The notes under the pieces are model-generated. The model was not told the origin of the DNA. It made no database searches and saw only the letters and a list, made by a program, of their open reading frames with translations. Below are positions 62,547 through 64,000 of a stretch of DNA of 64,000 nt, piece after piece. The translations under genes were made by a program, and so were the position numbers. Each line of letters starts with the position of its first letter. Position 1 is the stretch's first letter. This DNA comes from an uncultured Gemmatimonadaceae bacterium (GTDB lineage Bacteria; Gemmatimonadota; Gemmatimonadetes; Gemmatimonadales; Gemmatimonadaceae): NCBI GenBank assembly GCA_963740355.1, contig CAVUDW010000002.1:576001-640000 (forward strand), written 5' to 3'.

Positions 62547-64000
62547 CTACGACGCCCGCCCGCCGTCCGCGATGCGTGGCTTCGACTTTCTCGGCAGCGG
62601 CGAAATCGGCTCATCATCGTCGCCGCCTGCATTCGACGAGTTGTAGCCTTCCAGATAGTGGTAGTACTGGAAGACACCCTTGGGTTCGATGCCGTTCAGC
62701 ACTGCACCGAGCGGCCGAATCGGCAGGCGGTCCATGGTCTCGAGCTTGGCGACGGCCATCTTCCGGTCGGTGACACCGACTCGGAGCACCATCAGCAAAC
62801 CGCCGGTGAGCGTCGCCAGTGCATAGGCATCCGTGCCGGCGCCCAGTGGCGGACTGTCGACGATCACGACATCAAAGCGCGCGCGCAAGTCATCGAGCAG
62901 CGACTCCATCGCGGCCGTCGTGACCATTTCCGGTGCCTGACGATGACGCGATCCACACGGTACGAGCGACAGTCGCTCGTAGGATGTGGCATACACCGTC
63001 TCATCGAGGGTGCTCGTGCCCTGGAGATAGTCGACCAGCCCTGGCTTCTGCGGAACGCCGAAGGCCTGCTGAATCGCGCCACGCCGCGTGTCCCCATCGA
63101 CCAGCACCGTGCGGAAGCCTGCCTCGGCGAACGACAACGCCAGGTTGGACGAGACGAAAGACTTTCCTTCTGTCGGGCCGGTACTCGTGACAGTGAACGA
63201 GACCGGCTCACCGGGTGTGAACTGGTGTCGAAGCGAGAGTCGTAATGTTCGGAAACTCTCCACCAACTGCGCTTGCTCCTCGACCGACGGACGTCCGGGG
63301 TGCACCAGCGGGATCGCGCCGATGATATCGAGTCGGAGATCGTTCGCGACCTGCTCCGGGTACCGCACCCGCTTGTCCACGAGGTCGAGCAGGATGGCGA
63401 GGCCGAGGCCGAGTGCGAGGCCAAGGCCCAATCCAGCGGGAATGATCTGCAGTGCCGTATTCGATGTCGGCTTGAACGGCGCGACGGCCGAGTCCTGCAC
63501 GAACACCTCATTCCGCGCAGACGCTTCCTTCAACCGCTGCGTTTCCAGGTTGCTCGACAGGTATTCCGTGAGCTTCTGTTCCTGCTCGACCTGTGCGCGC
63601 AACTCTTCTTCCTTGATCGTCCGCTCAGGAATTCCGCGGATTTCACCAGACTGCACCTGGATGCGACGATTGTAGTCCGCCTCCTTGAGGCTCAGCGACG
63701 CGATCTGCTGGCGGATCAAGCTCGGAATGACGGACGTCTCGAGTTGCGTGATGCGACCGCGGATCCGCACCACTTCCGGTGCGCTGTCGGTATAGACCGC
63801 GCTCTTGGCTCGATACACACTTCGCTGCTCGTTGAGCTCCTGCAGTACACCGCGGAGCGCTTCTCCGCCGGGACCCGCCACCGTGGCAAGCGAGATTGCG
63901 ACGCTGGGATCCACTTCGGCAAGGCGACCCGGTCGGAGGAGCGACTCGAGCACTTCACGATCGTTGCGCAGGTTCTGTGATTCGAGACGGAAGCGTGTGA
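62547..64000 (-). CDS. wzc: Wzc polysaccharide co-polymerase / BY tyrosine kinase (5' end outside the window)
   Basis: Coiled coil, TM, ESFRTLR, GPTEGKS, VDGDTRR, IVDSPP, C-terminal Tyr cluster YYHY..Y. Confidence 0.95.
   Translation of the reverse strand, partial: TRFRLESQNLRNDREVLESLLRPGRLAEVDPSVAISLATVAGPGGEALRGVLQELNEQRSVYRAKSAVYTDSAPEVVRIRGRITQLETSVIPSLIRQQIASLSLKEADYNRRIQVQSGEIRGIPERTIKEEELRAQVEQEQKLTEYLSSNLETQRLKEASARNEVFVQDSAVAPFKPTSNTALQIIPAGLGLGLALGLGLAILLDLVDKRVRYPEQVANDLRLDIIGAIPLVHPGRPSVEEQAQLVESFRTLRLSLRHQFTPGEPVSFTVTSTGPTEGKSFVSSNLALSFAEAGFRTVLVDGDTRRGAIQQAFGVPQKPGLVDYLQGTSTLDETVYATSYERLSLVPCGSRHRQAPEMVTTAAMESLLDDLRARFDVVIVDSPPLGAGTDAYALATLTGGLLMVLRVGVTDRKMAVAKLETMDRLPIRPLGAVLNGIEPKGVFQYYHYLEGYNSSNAGGDDDEPISPLPRKSKPRIADGGRAS

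Overview
GC-rich bacterial chromosomal window; gene content and style suggest Gemmatimonadota (inference). 1-23 kb is housekeeping: ECF sigma/anti-sigma, cyclophilin, nth with a catalytically degenerate PolX-PHP, hydrolases and peptidases, an OPT transporter, HU with a Lys/Ala tail, and a MoxR/DUF58/DUF4350/DUF4129 cluster with an RDD-SpoIIM fusion. 23-38 kb holds a PEP-CTERM trypsin-like protease, acyl-CoA dehydrogenase, a SahR-like regulator-metF-metH operon and three tandem paralogous PEP-CTERM genes. 39-64 kb is an exosortase/EpsI-associated Wzx/Wzy exopolysaccharide locus. Best signals: (1) one three-part promoter layout (TGTGG-N8-CCACG palindrome, 23-bp IHF-like box, sigma-54 GG-N10-GC) upstream of all four PEP-CTERM genes and a REC-degenerate-GGDEF gene; (2) a c-di-GMP-I riboswitch ahead of an Ig + beta-helix lipoprotein inside the EPS locus, plus a GGDEF-dead, I-site-intact likely c-di-GMP receptor; (3) two inverted copies of a TIR-bounded MITE-like element with different interiors, one carrying 24-bp tandem repeats. 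Frameshifts in asnB, algD, the lipoprotein and wzy are probably assembly errors. No CRISPR, rRNA, tRNA or transposase was seen. All calls are by eye; no searches were run.
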